From NCBI GenBank assembly GCA_013265495.1, contig MU057560.1, positions 2,790,909-2,854,908 of the forward strand: DNA of 64,000 nucleotides, given 5' to 3'. Below, in pieces: positions 23,885-37,638 of this stretch. The stretch is from Vicugna vicugna. Lineage: Eukaryota. A model generated the notes under the pieces. That model saw nothing but the letters and a program-made list of their open reading frames with translations, was not told the origin of the DNA and did not search any database. The translations under genes and the position numbers were made by a program. Numbering within the stretch: position 1 is the first letter of the stretch; every line of letters starts with the position of its first letter.

Positions 23885-24400
23885 CTTTTCTTTAAATTTT
23901 TAAATTTTTATTGAAGTAGAGTCAGTTTACAATGTTGTGTCAGTTTCTGGAGCACAGCATCGTGTTTCAGTCGTACATGTACACACATATTTCTTTTCAT
24001 GTTCTTTTTCACCAGAGGTTACTACAAGATATTGAACGTAGTTCCCTGTGCTGTGCAGTGTAAATTTGTTGTTTACCTATTTTATATATAGTAGTTAGTA
24101 TCTGAAAATCTCAAACTCCCAGTTTATTGCCTCCCACCCCTCCCCACTGGTAACCACAAGTTTGTTTTCTATGTCTGTGAGTCTGCTTCTGTTTTGTAAA
24201 TAGCTCCATTTGTGTTTTTTGTTTTTTATTTCTTTTTAATTCCACATATGAGTGATATCATATGGTATTTTTCTTTCTCTGTCTGACTTACTTCACTTAG
24301 AATGGTCTCCAGTTCCATCCATGTTGTTGCAAAGGGCATCGTCACATTCTTTTTCATGGCTGAGTAGTATTTCACTGTGTGCAGGCATCACACCTTCTCT
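23885..24400 (-). mobile_element. 5'-truncated LINE-1 3' end
   Basis: T-rich tail, then ttattgaagtagagtcagtttacaatgttgtgtcagtttctgg..ttccacatatgagtgatatcatatggtattt; reverse complement of the 22218 family. Confidence 0.93.
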
Positions 24401-27400
24401 CTCCAGCCTCCCATGGAGGACACGCAGGCTCACTCCTCTGAGCACTGGGCTCGCCCTCTAATTCTTGTCTCCACCTCGGGACTGACTGTCTAACCTGATG
24501 GACACACTGGCAAGAAAACTGGGGGCAACTCAGAGCCATGACACGTGCTTCTGACTGTACACAGGTCTCCGCATTCACTCACCTCTCTCCCTGAAGGTGA
24601 CTCGTCTTCCTGTTTACCTTCTTTTGCTTTGTTGTGGAAATGCCAGTGTTCTCAACCTGACACAGCTGTTGTAGAATATGTATTTGAAGGTGTTTTTTGC
24701 AGTTTATTTTCAGTGGGGGGCAGTGGGAGCTGACTAACGATCAATAAATTCAGATCATTTTACCTTTTTTCATAGCAATTCAAATTTCATTTAAAAAAAA
24801 CTCCAGGAGAAATGGTGGCATTATTTTACATTGGCTGATAGTACCTGGGGGCTGGGCTTAACCGAATTTGTTTTTATTTCGTTGTAGCATTTAAAATGCG
24901 AGGAATTTGCAGGTATTTCCCATGGCCGCCCACCGTAAGGCCGATTTGCAACCTTTTTCATTTAAATCAGGGCCTCCTTATGGGTGGTAAGGCCACCAGA
25001 CACCGGGTGGAGCTTCTCTGGGAATTTCCTGAGTCACTGATTTTAATCCCTTTACCCAGCCTTCCTTAACCTTCCTCATAACAGGAAGAAATAGATCGTG
25101 TCAGTTTTCACGTCAATTATTTCGCTTAATTTACCTGCAGTCAGGCCTGCAGGTTCGGCTATGATTATCTCAGTGCTTTACCGATTAATATAGTTGAACA
25201 CATTCTGAGCAACTCTTCACATTCAGCGTCTTGCCTGTGGACACCGTGCCGGGCCCCTTTCCAGCTTCCTCTGGCCTCGCTCAGTGGCGGGGGTGCTTCT
25301 GCACCCTGAAACGTCTGTTCTGACTCTCCACATGGCCTCGGTGTGACAGACACTCGGACATCACTGTAACTGACCGGACACAGACAAGGAACAAAAGCCT
25401 GGCAGTCCACGATTATGCCAACCCTCCCGCGCGTGTGTCTCGATGAGTCACGTGTGTGTGTCTGTGGACGCAAGTATAACATCTGGTCACCGTGTCAGGT
25501 TCCTGCTCCAAACACAAGCAAAATAATGGTGACGAGCATCAAAAGATGAGAATCATTTGTTACTTTCAAACTGTCCACGTTCCCCACGTGACACTTCTCC
25601 ATCGTCTGGGGAATGGTCACCACTGTCTGGGTTTCAGCACTGCCCCCCATCATGCTCTGGCTCTGAATTCCAGTGTGTTTAGTGTTTTTTTACTTTTTAT
25701 CCACTGATCCTCTTCCAGTCATGATTTTCTCATTCAGTTCAGTTCATATAATTGACTAAGAGTAATTAAGGATTAAGGAAAGTCCGCATCCACAGGAGTG
25801 CCCACAAGTCGTGCTTGTGCGTCTGAGGGTGCTGATCGTGTCCTGCCAGGGACTCAGGCAGGCGGAGCCTCCCCTCAGCCCTCTCGGGATTTGGGTCTCT
25901 CCAGGGCCTCCGTCTGCGTCCAGCCGTGCTCACGGGGGCCTGCGGGCTCCCGGGACGGGGCTCCAGGGATGGGGAGCTCTGGGCCCACTTCTCCACTGCA
26001 GACAACTGGATCTGGTTTATTTCCTCATGATGGTTCATCACGTCTTTTACCAAAAGCATTTGTTTTTGTTTTAAAGCCTCAGGATGGTCATACCTTGTGC
26101 TGTGAAGATAGTGGCTGTGTTTCACCTGGACCAGAGGTAGAAAGTGCTGTGATGCCGGCTGCTCAGAGGGAGTCTAGGGGCTTCGGTGCAGGTCCAGGCA
26201 GGGGAATGGAAGGCAGGCTGTGAGGAGCACTGCAGAGGGAGGGGGTCTGGGGTCTGCTGCAAGGGAAAGTGAGGGGAGTCCACCCAAACGTAGTGGCCCC
26301 CACGGCCTCCTGCTCTCTCACGGTCCTGCGGGCCCGCCACCCCCTGCGGGTGGGTCTCCCGTGCAGCTGCGCCTGCCTTGCTGACAAGTGGCGGATGTGG
26401 CGAGGTCACCTGAAGGTGCCTGGCTCCACGTCCAAGGGCCCCCTTTACTCAACGTGTGTCCGGCCGCTAAGCTGGGGAGCGGTGACCGGCAAGGGGTGGC
26501 TGCAGCCCTGTCTCCACGTGGCCTTTCCGCACGGCTGTCCTGGGCTTCCTCAGGGCGGGGGCTCTGGATAACCAGACACTTCACCTGCCCTGGATTCCTT
26601 GGGAGCAGCTATTCCGTGTGGACCCACCTGGAGGCAGCAAGACGTCATGTGACCTAGGGCTGGAAGCCACGCAGCGTCAATCCGCGGCATCGTACTCATC
26701 AAGAGAGGATCCGTGACTGGCACAGACCCAGGAGGGGGCTACACAGGGCAGGCAAGGCTCATGGGGACCCGCCTTTGAAGTCTGGTTAGGTGGTCTGCAG
26801 AGGAGTTGCGTACGGAAGAGAGGGGATGGCATGTGACTCAAGGACAGCTGGCCTGGAGAACTCAAGCCATCGCCAGGGCTGAGGTCTCCCAGAGACCAAG
26901 GACCAAGAGTGAAGGACACGGGTTTGAGGAACATGCCCACATTTGAGGAAAGGGCATGAATGGGAATAAAATAAAGATTTCTTCTGGAAAGTAAGTAAGA
27001 TGGACTTGGGAGAGCTCCGAAACCTGAGGTCCAGTCAGCTTGGAGATGGCAGCTGAGGGCAGTCTCCTCCACTGGAGTCTTGGTCCCTGGTGGCCCCGAG
27101 CTGACCCAGTCCTGCCCCCACCCCAGCCCGAGGCCGCCGGGAAGGGAGGCAGCCCGTGCACGCTGCACTGAACAGCTGTGCAGGTGGGTCTGGGCCCTCG
27201 GGCCCCTCCAGCGCTCACTGGCTTGGCGTGACACACCGGCTTCTCCAGGTTTTTTCAGGGCGGATGCTCTCAGGGCAGCCCTCAAGTCGTGGTCCACACA
27301 GACCCCAGGCTTGTCTTCTAATGTCACCACACACAGGCCCGCGAGCTGCAGGAGACGCCCTGGCTTCTCCTTACGCTTACTCAGCCCATCGCCCGGGGCC

Positions 27401-27654
27401 CGCTGCTGGTGGGCACTCAATGAATATTGGGCAAAATGAACAGAATCGGCCTCTTCGGTGTAGGTTTAAATATTGGGCAGGAGTTGCAGCCTCTGCAGCG
27501 CCTCCGTTCCCCGAGTCCTGGGACCGCCGGTGTCGAGGTACAGGCCTCTGGGCTGAGCCCCTGGCTGTGTGACGGGTTTATTTGGGACTGGAGGACCCCG
27601 CCCCTGCCCTGATGGTGCGAAAGCATTGCCGTAGAGCTTCTGTACGTCAATTTC

Positions 27655-27820
27655 TTAAGAACGAACACATTTAACACCTACTATGTGCTGTCTGTTCTGG
27701 GTGCCCGGGAGACTTCAGGGACAAACTGGCAAAAACAGGGCTTTCCTGGAACTTACACCCAGTGACACTCAGACAATGGCGGGATAAATGGCTAAATCCC
27801 TCTGCATTTTAGAAAGGTTT
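27655..27820 (-). mobile_element. LINE-2 3' end fragment
   Basis: aacacatttaacacctactatgtgctg..tgttctgggtgc..cctggaacttaca is the antisense L2 terminus. Confidence 0.6.
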
Positions 27821-30800
27821 CAGTGCGGAGAAGTGTGACGGAGTGCTGGCCGAGGGGGCCTGGTGCGGGACTGTGGGACAGTCAGGCCGGCTCGCAGGGG
27901 GAGCTGGAGCAAAGCCAGCCCCGTGTCACCCGGAGACGCGTGTTCCAGAGGGGACGGGCCGGACAGAGACCTCGAAGCCCCATGTGTGTGAAGAAGGGAA
28001 AGAGGGAAGAGACCACACATATGCTGACTTAAAAAAAAATAAAAAGATGAAACAGAAAGAGGTCTGGGACTCCAGGAGGACAAAGAAGCAAACAGCTGGG
28101 GGGTGGAAACCGTGGGGCTGTACGCACGCGACGTGGGAGGCCGCGTGTTGCCCAGCGGCTGGGCTGCGGCTCCCTGGCCTCTGCGCCTGTTCCTCGGCAA
28201 GACTGGCGCCCTGGGCACACACGCCACCCACCCACCCACCCACGCGAGGAGCACTCGCGGGGCTCGTCTGCAGTTTCAGACTGGGCGGAGGACGGTGGTC
28301 TCGACGCGTGGCCCCTGCCGTAAGAACCTCTGGATCTCCTGAGTGTGGCCGGGCGAGAAGGGAGGAAGGTGAGCGGAGCCAGGGCTGCAGGAGCCCGTCC
28401 GGAGTGGGTGAGGGTCCGCGCTCCCCGCGGGGGCGGCGGCACCTTTGCTGGCATCACCTGGACCTCCGGGGAGCAGGGCGGCAGTCTCGCAGTGACCTTG
28501 GGACCCACCGGCTTTCTCTGGTTGGGGAGGATGTTCTGAGATGAAAGTCAGCACAAATGTTCCCTGTTTCTGTCTACACTGAGAAGGGGCACTCGCATTT
28601 TAGGAAGAAATGACGTTCGCCCCACGTGTGCTACACGCCGAGTCCCAGGAGGCCATGCACGTGGACATGCCCCTGAGAACTCCGAGCGTCTCCTCCTCGT
28701 CTGAGTATTTGAGGCGATAATGATTCTATACCTTTCATGAAGGTTCAACGGAACAGTGCCTGAAACCACCCAACCCAGAACATCGAGCAGCTTTTCAGCC
28801 TGACACGGGCCAGAACTTGGGTTCTTACCAGCACTTACGAGGGGACTGTGGGGGTGCGGCCGGCCAGGCTGGGGTGCCCACATCCCTCCCACCTCACGTT
28901 ACATGGGGCGCTCCTGCTGGGAAGCTCGTGCAGGTGGAGAGCCGCCTCGCTGCCCGGGAAGGCGGAGGAGTGGGTGCGATTTGGAGAAGCCACCCTCGCC
29001 GACGGGGGTGACACAGCGGGCTTCCGGGGGCAGGTGTTGCCCTGCAGGCGTCAGTTTGAATTCTTGGAGCGTTAGGACGGGTCTAGCTCCTAATCTAAAA
29101 GGGAGACAGGGAAGTCATTCTCCAGGTCTGCTCCAAAGACGGAGCAGCATCCGTCTCCCCCGTGTCTCGTCTGCCTGTCATTCGGGTGCAAACCCAGGAG
29201 GAGGGCTCGAGACAGCAGCTCCTGGCTCCCTCAGTCCCCACGGGAGAGGACTTCATCACGCCGTCCCCGCCGTGACCACCATGGGGACAGGGCAGCCACA
29301 CAGCCACAGCCTGTGTGCACTGCGTGGCGCAGGCCGTCCAGGCACCATCCAGGGTGACCGCGTCAGCCCCGAGCAGCAGGCAGGCACCACACACGGTCTG
29401 TGGAGGACAAGACGTGGTCCGAGCGACATGGTGCAGCTCCCGGAGCTCCAGTCACCTTGTTCCTGATGCAGCTGCTCTGGGAAGACAGCCCCCGTGCTCA
29501 CCCTGCACAGACGCCTGTGGAGTATGCCTGGCAGGGTACGCGGGTCTGCTCAGCCCCCGTGCAGCCCTCAGGGCTCAGGCCCTGCCGCTCAGCCCGGTTC
29601 CTCCACCGACTTGCTGTCTTCCCCCTGGATGGTGCGTCTGTCAGATTCTCTCTGACGGCGACGCGCTCACCCCTCATGCAACCGGAGAGAAACAGGGTCC
29701 CCGAGTTCACATGCTTCAGGGAACGTTCCAGAGCAGGCTTCCAGATGGGAAGGGGGCACTCCTGCAGTGGCGTTTCACACGACAGAGCTGACCAAGTGAG
29801 GAACTCCCAGCCCGGCCCAGCATCCCGGCAGCTAGGAAGGAGTGTGTCCCCTCGCAGCCCCACGGGCCGGCTCTGAAGCCCAGGCCAACGCGCTTCCCCA
29901 GGTCTAGCTTTGACGTTCCCAGACATTCACCCACAAGTGTGCATGAAGGGTGCGCACCCACATGGCCCCGCTCATCTGGGCCGTCCCTACTCAGGGCTGC
30001 TCTCCGTTCCGGTGGGTCCCAGCGCGTCCCTGGGCGACGCACAGTCCCGAGCCCCCCGGGAAGGCATGTGGGGCGCTCACCACGGGCACAGCTCCTCGTG
30101 GTTAGGAGTTCTCCACATGTCTCAGAAGCGATGCCTGGACGTGGCTCCCGACTTCTAGGAGGCACTGCACCAGGCTCCCCCCCCCACCCCTCCCCTCATC
30201 GTGGATTTGCTGAATCCGCCTCTGGGAGGGGGCCTGGGTGTGGGGGCGCGGGGAGGTGGGAGGGACGCTCCGCTGGGCTCCGTCCAGGTGAGGACGCCAG
30301 GGGGCAGCTGTCCACCAAGGGCAGGAGCTCTGTGCCGGGCAGAAGCCTAGGTACCCAGCTTAGGCTCATTTTCCTGTCGGTGTGACTCACAGCCACGGTC
30401 CTGGGTGCATCCCTGCGGGAGGGGACACACAGCACTGGGCCCCGGTGCTGCACCAGCTGCCAGGAGTGCGGGCTGCTCAAGGCTCACAGCGTGTCCCCCA
30501 AGGGACACGTCCTTGGTCAAGGGACATCCCCCAGGGTTGTGCCCCACCCCCCGGGGGGGCCACGGTGGGTGGGTGGGCGCTGGGTGAGTCTCCTCCCCGG
30601 CCAGCGTGTGCTGCTCCGGGTGTGGACGGTCCTGGGGCGCCATCCGGAAACAGACGTTTCCTGCCGCAAACCCCCCCGCGATGGGGCTGGCGGGGCCGGG
30701 CCTGAAAGCACTCACAGATTGCAAGGACTCACTCTTTGTAATTAGGACTTTGCAATCAAAGCTTCCCCACGCTTATCCGTGATTATTATAATTACCCCAG

Positions 30801-32204
30801 AGGGGCAGTCAACATCGGTGGAGTGGAATCCGCAGACTTCCGGCGATTAGGGGTTGACCGGTTAGAGCCGCCCCCTTCGCCCTTGATGTGATCACTCCGT
30901 GAACAGACGAGGAACCGTCAGATGCTGGCAGGACGGGGGGAGAGGCACACGCTGTGTCAGAAAGCGCGTGCATTTAATAATCAGAGCAGGACCGCGGTGA
31001 CTGGTGATGCCCAGTGTCGCCAGGAGTGTGGCAGGTGCGCAGACACACTCCCGGGTCTAGACAACAGAATAGGTGGTCGACATCCATGAAGAAAGAACAA
31101 TGCTGCAAAGGGTATAAAATCAGATGGCTCAGACATTTAGATAAAGCAAAATTAAAATGGCGATGACGGACGTGAGAAGCAGTAAGAAGAGACGTGTTGA
31201 GTTTGTCTCGCGATCTTTGTGGTGACTTCGGGTCATGAGAGGGCGGCAGTGCCGCTGCGGATGCCTCTGCCGGGAGTGGCTTCTGCTGCCCTTGTTGTCG
31301 CCGCTGTGGTTGGGGAAGGCGGGGCGTGGCAACTGCCGGCCCCACGGGGCTCTCTGGGTGGAGGGGGAGACGGTCCTGCCAGGAGAACCCGAGTACACAG
31401 GAGGTGGTTGGGATGGGGGTGCCCGACAGAGGAAAGTGTGCGGAGAATCCGGTGGTGTTTTGTTTGCCGTGACCCCACACAGGCACCTTGCTGAGCTGAA
31501 GCCTGGCTGCTGAGTCTGTTCCGAAAAACCTGTTAACCTCCGGTGGTGCTGAAGGAAGCGGCAGGCGGTGGAGCCAGGCTCTGTCCCTCCCCTGCAGGCC
31601 TCCCCGTCGGGCAGGCAGCACTGGGGTGCGGGCTTCATCCCCCCGCCCGGGCCTTCTGAGCTCCGGGCTTCGCCCTTCGGAGTTTGCTGCTGAAACATCG
31701 GAGGCTCTTCCCTTATCCGCTTCCTGAGCATCCGGGCGACAAGCCAGCGTGCTGGTCACCTGGGCAGGAACGAGGCTCACCTGGTGTTGGACGGGCTTAC
31801 GGCACCGTCTTCCACACGGAGCTCAGGGTCGGACCCTGAGAACCTTTCAGATGCCGTGACTCAGGTCGGGTGGCGCCTCGGGAGGCCTGGTCCGGGCGGG
31901 TGTTTCCTGTTCTTCCACATGTGGGGGCGCAGCTGCCTTCACTCTCCATCCTCACCACGGCTTCCAGTCTGCTCTGAGCACCCCTCTTCCTTCCAAACTA
32001 GAGATAAATGAAACATGGGCCTTTACTTGCTGAAAACTGGCTTTAATCCTATGGAGCTAGAAGACACTGTTACTGCAGTTGCTGTCGTTCACAACGGGGG
32101 CGAAAAGTTAAGAACCGCCAAGAAGGCCCCGCAGGTTAAAGCTCTTCTGAGCGTCCCGAGGTCAAGGGCTCGGCAGCTGTTCTGGGCGTTTGGGATGCTC
32201 AGCT

Positions 32205-32420
32205 CTTCTCAGAGGCGGAAGGCCTCCCTTCAGTGGGTCAGACGGAAGTGTCTCGAGCCCTGCAAGTCAGATGGCCTCCATGGCAGCTGCTCACCTCTGC
32301 CATCACAGTGCCCAGTCAGTGCGTCAGTGCCTGGCGCGGCTGTGTGCCAGTAAGGCTCTATTCACAGAAGGAGGCTGTGGGGCGGCTGTGGCCCATTGAC
32401 CACCATCCGCGGGCCCCTGC
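32205..32420 (+). mobile_element. MER58-like hAT-Charlie MITE
   Basis: gggtcagacggaagtgt..gctgctcacctctgcc..ggcgcggctgtgtgccagtaaggctctattcacagaa..tggccc..cccctg follows the MER58A layout as recalled. Confidence 0.6.
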
Positions 32421-32919
32421 AGGACTGCACGCAAGGTGGACGGCGTTTCGCATCGCTGGTGGGGCTTCGTGGTGACGGCCCTGCCGAGGCTGCACTGCCA
32501 TCTTCGACCTCCAAGTTGCGTTTATGATTCGTTTCCTTCTTTGCTGGCACCGGCTGTTCCCAAGGTGGGCGTCAGGTCCTGGGCTGTGCTTCCCACGCTT
32601 TGTTTGTGGCTCTCAGCACAGCTGGGGGAGGTCGGTGTCCTGCGCTCTGCTTCGCAGACGAGGCACCTCGGGCTCCCAGAGGCCAGCTACCCAGCCAGGG
32701 CCACGGCGGGGCCGACCCAGCGCAGCTGCCCCACGCCTGCCCTGCCCTTCCCCGCAGCCTCGCTCTCAGCCACCCCGGCGGACGTCTGGGCAGGCAGGCT
32801 CCTCCTGACACCAGGAGAAGCCCCCAGCTGCAGGAGACGGGGCAGGCTTGGGGGCACATAGTAAACCAACGCTTGGGCATCCTGAGTTTGAAATGTCTGT
32901 GCAACCTCTGGTGCTTCAC

Positions 32920-32946
32920 TGTGTGTGTGTGTGTGTGTGTGTGTGT
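32920..32946. repeat. (TG)n microsatellite
   Basis: About 13 TG units. Confidence 0.92.
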
Positions 32947-33169
32947 TTTAAGACACTGAGTGGGCATGTCCGCGTGCGTGAGTGTAGCTGTGTAAGCCAT
33001 GGACGTGGTAGCTTTCACTCCTGGGGTGGATTTTATCTCCATCAGGGTCTTGTTTGTAGAAGCAACACTGAATGTACCACCCAGTGTAAAGGGGAAAAAG
33101 GCAGCCGGTCGTGGTGAGATCTTTGTCTGGCTCCCTCCAGCATATTTCCCTGCAAAAACAAACCAGAAA

Positions 33170-33358
33170 CTACATATTAAAATGGATAAACAAGTTTCTA
33201 CTGTATGACACAGGGAACTGTATTCAATATCCTGTAGTGCCCCATAGCAAAAAGAACATGAAAACGCATGTATGTATGTGCATGTGCGACTGAAACATGA
33301 TGCTGTGCACCAGGAACTGACACACGGTAACTGACTGTACTTCAATTAAAAGAAAAAA
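33170..33358 (+). mobile_element. Short LINE-1 3' end
   Basis: aaaatggataaacaagtttctactgtatgacacagggaactgtattcaatatc..tgctgtgcaccaggaactgacac..acttcaattaaaagaaaaaa; same family as 22218. Confidence 0.88.
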
Positions 33359-36300
33359 GTGAAGGTTTCTGAAGGAAGCAGGTGCACACACGGTGCTCGC
33401 TCAGGGCTTCACACCAGCCCTGCAGGGGTGTAGACTGGCTCCCCCCCGTGTGCCGTCCATGTGGAGTGTCACACCTCTGGGCAGGTCGAAGCCCGTTCAG
33501 GTCCCAGAACTGGCTCTCAGCTGGAAGGCGCCGACTTTGGCTTCAATCAGCAGTTGCTGTAAAGAAACACACGGTCCCTCGTTATCTTAATGAGTCCTCC
33601 CGTCCTCGGCACAAAAATGCATCCGGCATCTTTCCCCTAATCTTTTTATTGAAATTCATTAAGGTGTTGGCTTGTCTCCCCTGAAGCGAGCCACGGGAGG
33701 CACACAAGCCCCGTCTTATTCCGCGTTACTTCGTAAGGTGATTGGCTCTGTCCCTCGGATCTGGCAGTAGTCTCTGAATAATTTACCTCGCCAAACAACT
33801 ATTCATTTTGCAAATGTGCCGAAGTACTGAAGTGGTTCATAAGGAATTCTTGAGAGCATATCATACCTTCCTGTTAAAAAGGTTTGAAAACCCTGTAAGC
33901 AACATGCTGTCCAATCTCTATTAAGTCTGCTCCCACTAGTGCAGTCCTGCTTAAAAAGAAATAACATCCTGTCACAAGAAAAAAATTCCAAAAATAAGAA
34001 CATAGTGAACATAGAAAGAACACACCTGTCCATGCGCCACAGGTGGAAATGAAGAGGAGGAAAAGCAGAGAGTCAACAAAGGGTTCTTATTCCCCCAAAG
34101 TTCAGGGTAACAGACGAGGGAGAAGGCGGCGTCACCCACCCTGGAGCAGCTGAGGTTTTGTTTTCTCGTCTCCTCTCGCCGTGCGTGGCGGCGGCAGTTC
34201 CTGGTGCGGAAGGTAAGCCCCCCTCGTGAGCTCTCTGAGGCCCTGGTCTGGGTGGCCCACGGAGCCCGGAGCTTCAGACCCGCCGCCGCCCGCGGCGACG
34301 CACATTGCCTTCAGCTGGCAGCGCACGGGAGCTTTGCAAAACTACCCCAGAAGATCGCATTTTCTGAAGATTAGTTGAGTCATTCTTGTCTCAGGCATAA
34401 AGTAAATGAAAGTAGATGACGCTGCAGAGCATGCGAAAACAAGCAGCTAACTTCCCAGTTATGGAAAGGGCTGCAGCTGCGACACAGTGGACTGGTTTTC
34501 AGTGGCTCCAGTGGCGGGTTCTGAAGTCGGGCTGAATGCCCTGCGGCTCTGCTCTGGAGGGGAGGATCGCTCCTCTGAGGAGGGTGATGGTGGCTGCGGG
34601 CTGAGAACTTTGGTGGGGTAAGGAGCCTTATTGATTCTCCAGGCGCAGGGTCACAGACCTGCCCCCTGCCCTCCCCCCCCGGCCCAGAGGACCCTCAGAG
34701 CTCCAGCCAGGCAGGCCCTGGCCTGGGGAGAACGGGGCCCAGCGGAAGAGGATGGGGTGGGTGCCTCTCAGGTCACACTCAAAGGCTTTGCTGTTGTGGC
34801 TGCAGGAGGACGACCTGAAACTGGACAAACCGTGAAAAGCAGCCGGTGTCAAATACGTAACAGAGTGCAAAGACCTGGCATGTCTGTGGGGTCCGCTCGG
34901 GTCCGCAGCAGCCGGACAGTGTCAGTGCCGCTGCGGGGGAGGGGTGGCCGCCTGCAGCACCGCTGGGACGTCCTGGCCACTTGGGTGTACGTGGTGGCGC
35001 TCACTCGCTAGGATGCCAGTGTTTGACTTTCCCTTCCAGTCCCTCCTTGAGCGTGTGACTTGACTCCTGTCTGAAGCTTTCACTCTGATTCCATCCCTAA
35101 CACAGTGGCTGGTCCGTTCCTTGGTATGACTTGGGACGGAGTTCTTTCCACCTTCAAAGATGTGACTGTAGACGGAGGACCGCGCCTCGTGGGTGTCACT
35201 GCACTTCGGGGCCAGGCTGACTCATTTCCGTCCCTGGCTGTTTCTCCCGTTTTGAGCTTATGCTTTGCCCCGGGGCTGCTCTCTACCATTTGCCGCTTTG
35301 GAGGACGCGACGAGGTTTCAGGCAACTCCAACAGCGCAGTTGGTTTCCGTGTTTGTCATTTAATATGAAGCCCATCAATGACTCGCAGGTGGTGTCAGGT
35401 CAGAGGTTCTAGCCTCTCTTGAGAGGAGACGCACACCTACTTGAAACAGACTGTCAGAGGGCAGGGGTCACCCCATCCTGTCCCTCTGCCCTGGGCTGAG
35501 GAGCCAGGAACCCATTTCCCACAGGCACAGGGTGGGGCGGTTACGTGGAAATGTCACGTCAACCACTGGGCCCACCCCCTCGCTGCCCCTTCGCTTCACC
35601 TGAAATCCAGTGTGCGATCTCCTTCTGTTCCCCTGGTGGGAGGAAGCCCAGGGTCTGCAGAACGTGTGCCCCCAGGGGAAGGGGGGACAGGAGGGGACGG
35701 CCGGCAAGGCGGGGCCGGTGCGGCCTGGGCTCACAGCCTCCGTGTCTGGATGCTGGGGACGCACTCGCGCACCGCGGACCCCACCCAGCACAGGGGAGGC
35801 TGCGGACGGCTGTGATGGGGACGGCAGGTCACTTACCATAACGGGTCCATTTCAGCCAATAAGGCAGCATTCAGAGTATCAGCCGTGCCCCGACGTCTCG
35901 CTGGCCCGCGGCCAGGCCATCACTCGGAGGCGTCCCCGCCGCCCCGGCCTCAGGCTGACTCAGAGCTCTGGGCTAGCATCCTCTTTTGGGGAGGAGGAGG
36001 CGGCGCTGCCGGGGTGGGGGGGCTGCCACTGCTTCATTATCTCACAGGGTCTGCCGCAGCGACTGCGAGGACCGCAAGGGTGTAGCCCTGCAGGGGGCCC
36101 TGGCACAGGCGGGGACAAGCTCATTCTGGCTGGCGAGGGGCGATGAATGTTTTAAATTTGGGTCCTTGTGGAGGACATGGTAAATATATTTGTCTCGTGG
36201 CTGCTTTGATGCGGTGGTGGGTGAGCTTTCTTTCCACCCCAAACATCGAAATCCTCACATGTAAGTCACCACATGCAGAGATTTCTCTGAGAATTAAAGG

Positions 36301-37572
36301 GGAAATATGCACACTGGTGAGCGTGTGGAGGAATTTCTAAGCCTCCTCGTGGGGGTGGTGTCCATAGCAACCACAGGCCGTGCTGCGGAGGAATCTCAAT
36401 TAGCACCGAACACACGGCTGCTGCGTGCGCGTTTCCATGCACAGCCTCCATTTTCACAGGGATCTTAAGATGCTGTATGCTTTATGCAGTTGTATGATAT
36501 CAGTACAATTTATTTTTAGGCTGTCTACGTTTATTAGGGGCTGATGCACAGTCAGTCAGCTGGAGAGCCACCTGAGGTGCTGTAACTGGGTCTGGACTGA
36601 GGCTAGAAGCAGAGCAGGGACAAGAGCTCCTACTGAGATGAAAGAAACCTGGGCTCCGCTGTGACCCTGGGCAGTTGGCTTAGCCTCCCTAGGACGCGGT
36701 GCTGGAGGGCGCATTAGTTAGATGATCTGTATTCCAAGATGCACTGTCAGGTGAAGAGTGCAAACCGGGAACAGTGTGTAGCAGACAGGCCACCATTTCT
36801 GCGACGGAAGGAGGGGGTGGGAGCCTTTTGTGTTTGCGTCTGCAGAGAATGTCGGAGGATCCCTAGGAAACCCGGAACGACGGCGTTTGTAAGAGCGGGA
36901 GGGCTGAGAACCGGGCAGACGACAGGAGACCAGAAAGCAGGGAGGGGTCCCAGGCGCTCCCGCCACCGCCTGGTCTTCAAGCCCGTAAACGGCTTGCCTA
37001 CGAACACGTAATTTAAGAAGAAAACACACATGCGCGTCGTCAGTGGCTCAGGATAATCAGCAAGTGGCAACTCTCGGCATGGTCCTGAGGCGTCACCGCG
37101 TCCTCTCTGGACCGTGGACTGCGCAGCTGGCCCTCTGCCAGGCTTGTGCAGCGACAAGTAAGCGTTCCCGTGGGGAAGGTCAGGGAGGCGGCAGCAGGCA
37201 CAGACGCAACTGCAGACCAGTTCCCGCAGGGGTGGTGTGGTCCCAGCCTCCGGGGATTCAGACGAGCTCAAATGACAGCCACGGTCAGGGAAGGGGAAGG
37301 TTCCTTAGGCATGCGATCTGGGAAGGGACCCCCGAGGTGAAGAAACTGTGCTCAATTTGTCCGGAGTCAGGAACCACCCAGTGTCCGGAATGGAGAAGCT
37401 CCGTCTCAGATCCTGCGTTTCTCGGAAGGTTATGACTGGTGACCCCTCTCAGGTCCAGTCACACAGGAATAGCTGCCACTTCACAATTTACAGAACAGAC
37501 AGCCCCAAGGGCAACGCAGGGAGCACTTTGAGTGCATGATCTCCTTTCAACTTTAAACAACCCCATCAGCTG

Positions 37573-37638
37573 ACGGATGGGTGGACGGGTGGGTGGACGG
37601 GTGGACGGATGGGTGGATGGGTGGACGGGTGGATGGAC
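37573..37638. repeat. (GGAT/GGAC/GGGT)n tetranucleotide repeat
   Basis: Visible directly. Confidence 0.88.

Noticed and set aside
24640..24960. Possible hAT transposon starting CAGTGTTCTCAACC
   Set aside because: Only one terminus-like motif is visible, with no matching second end, so it cannot be supported without a repeat search.
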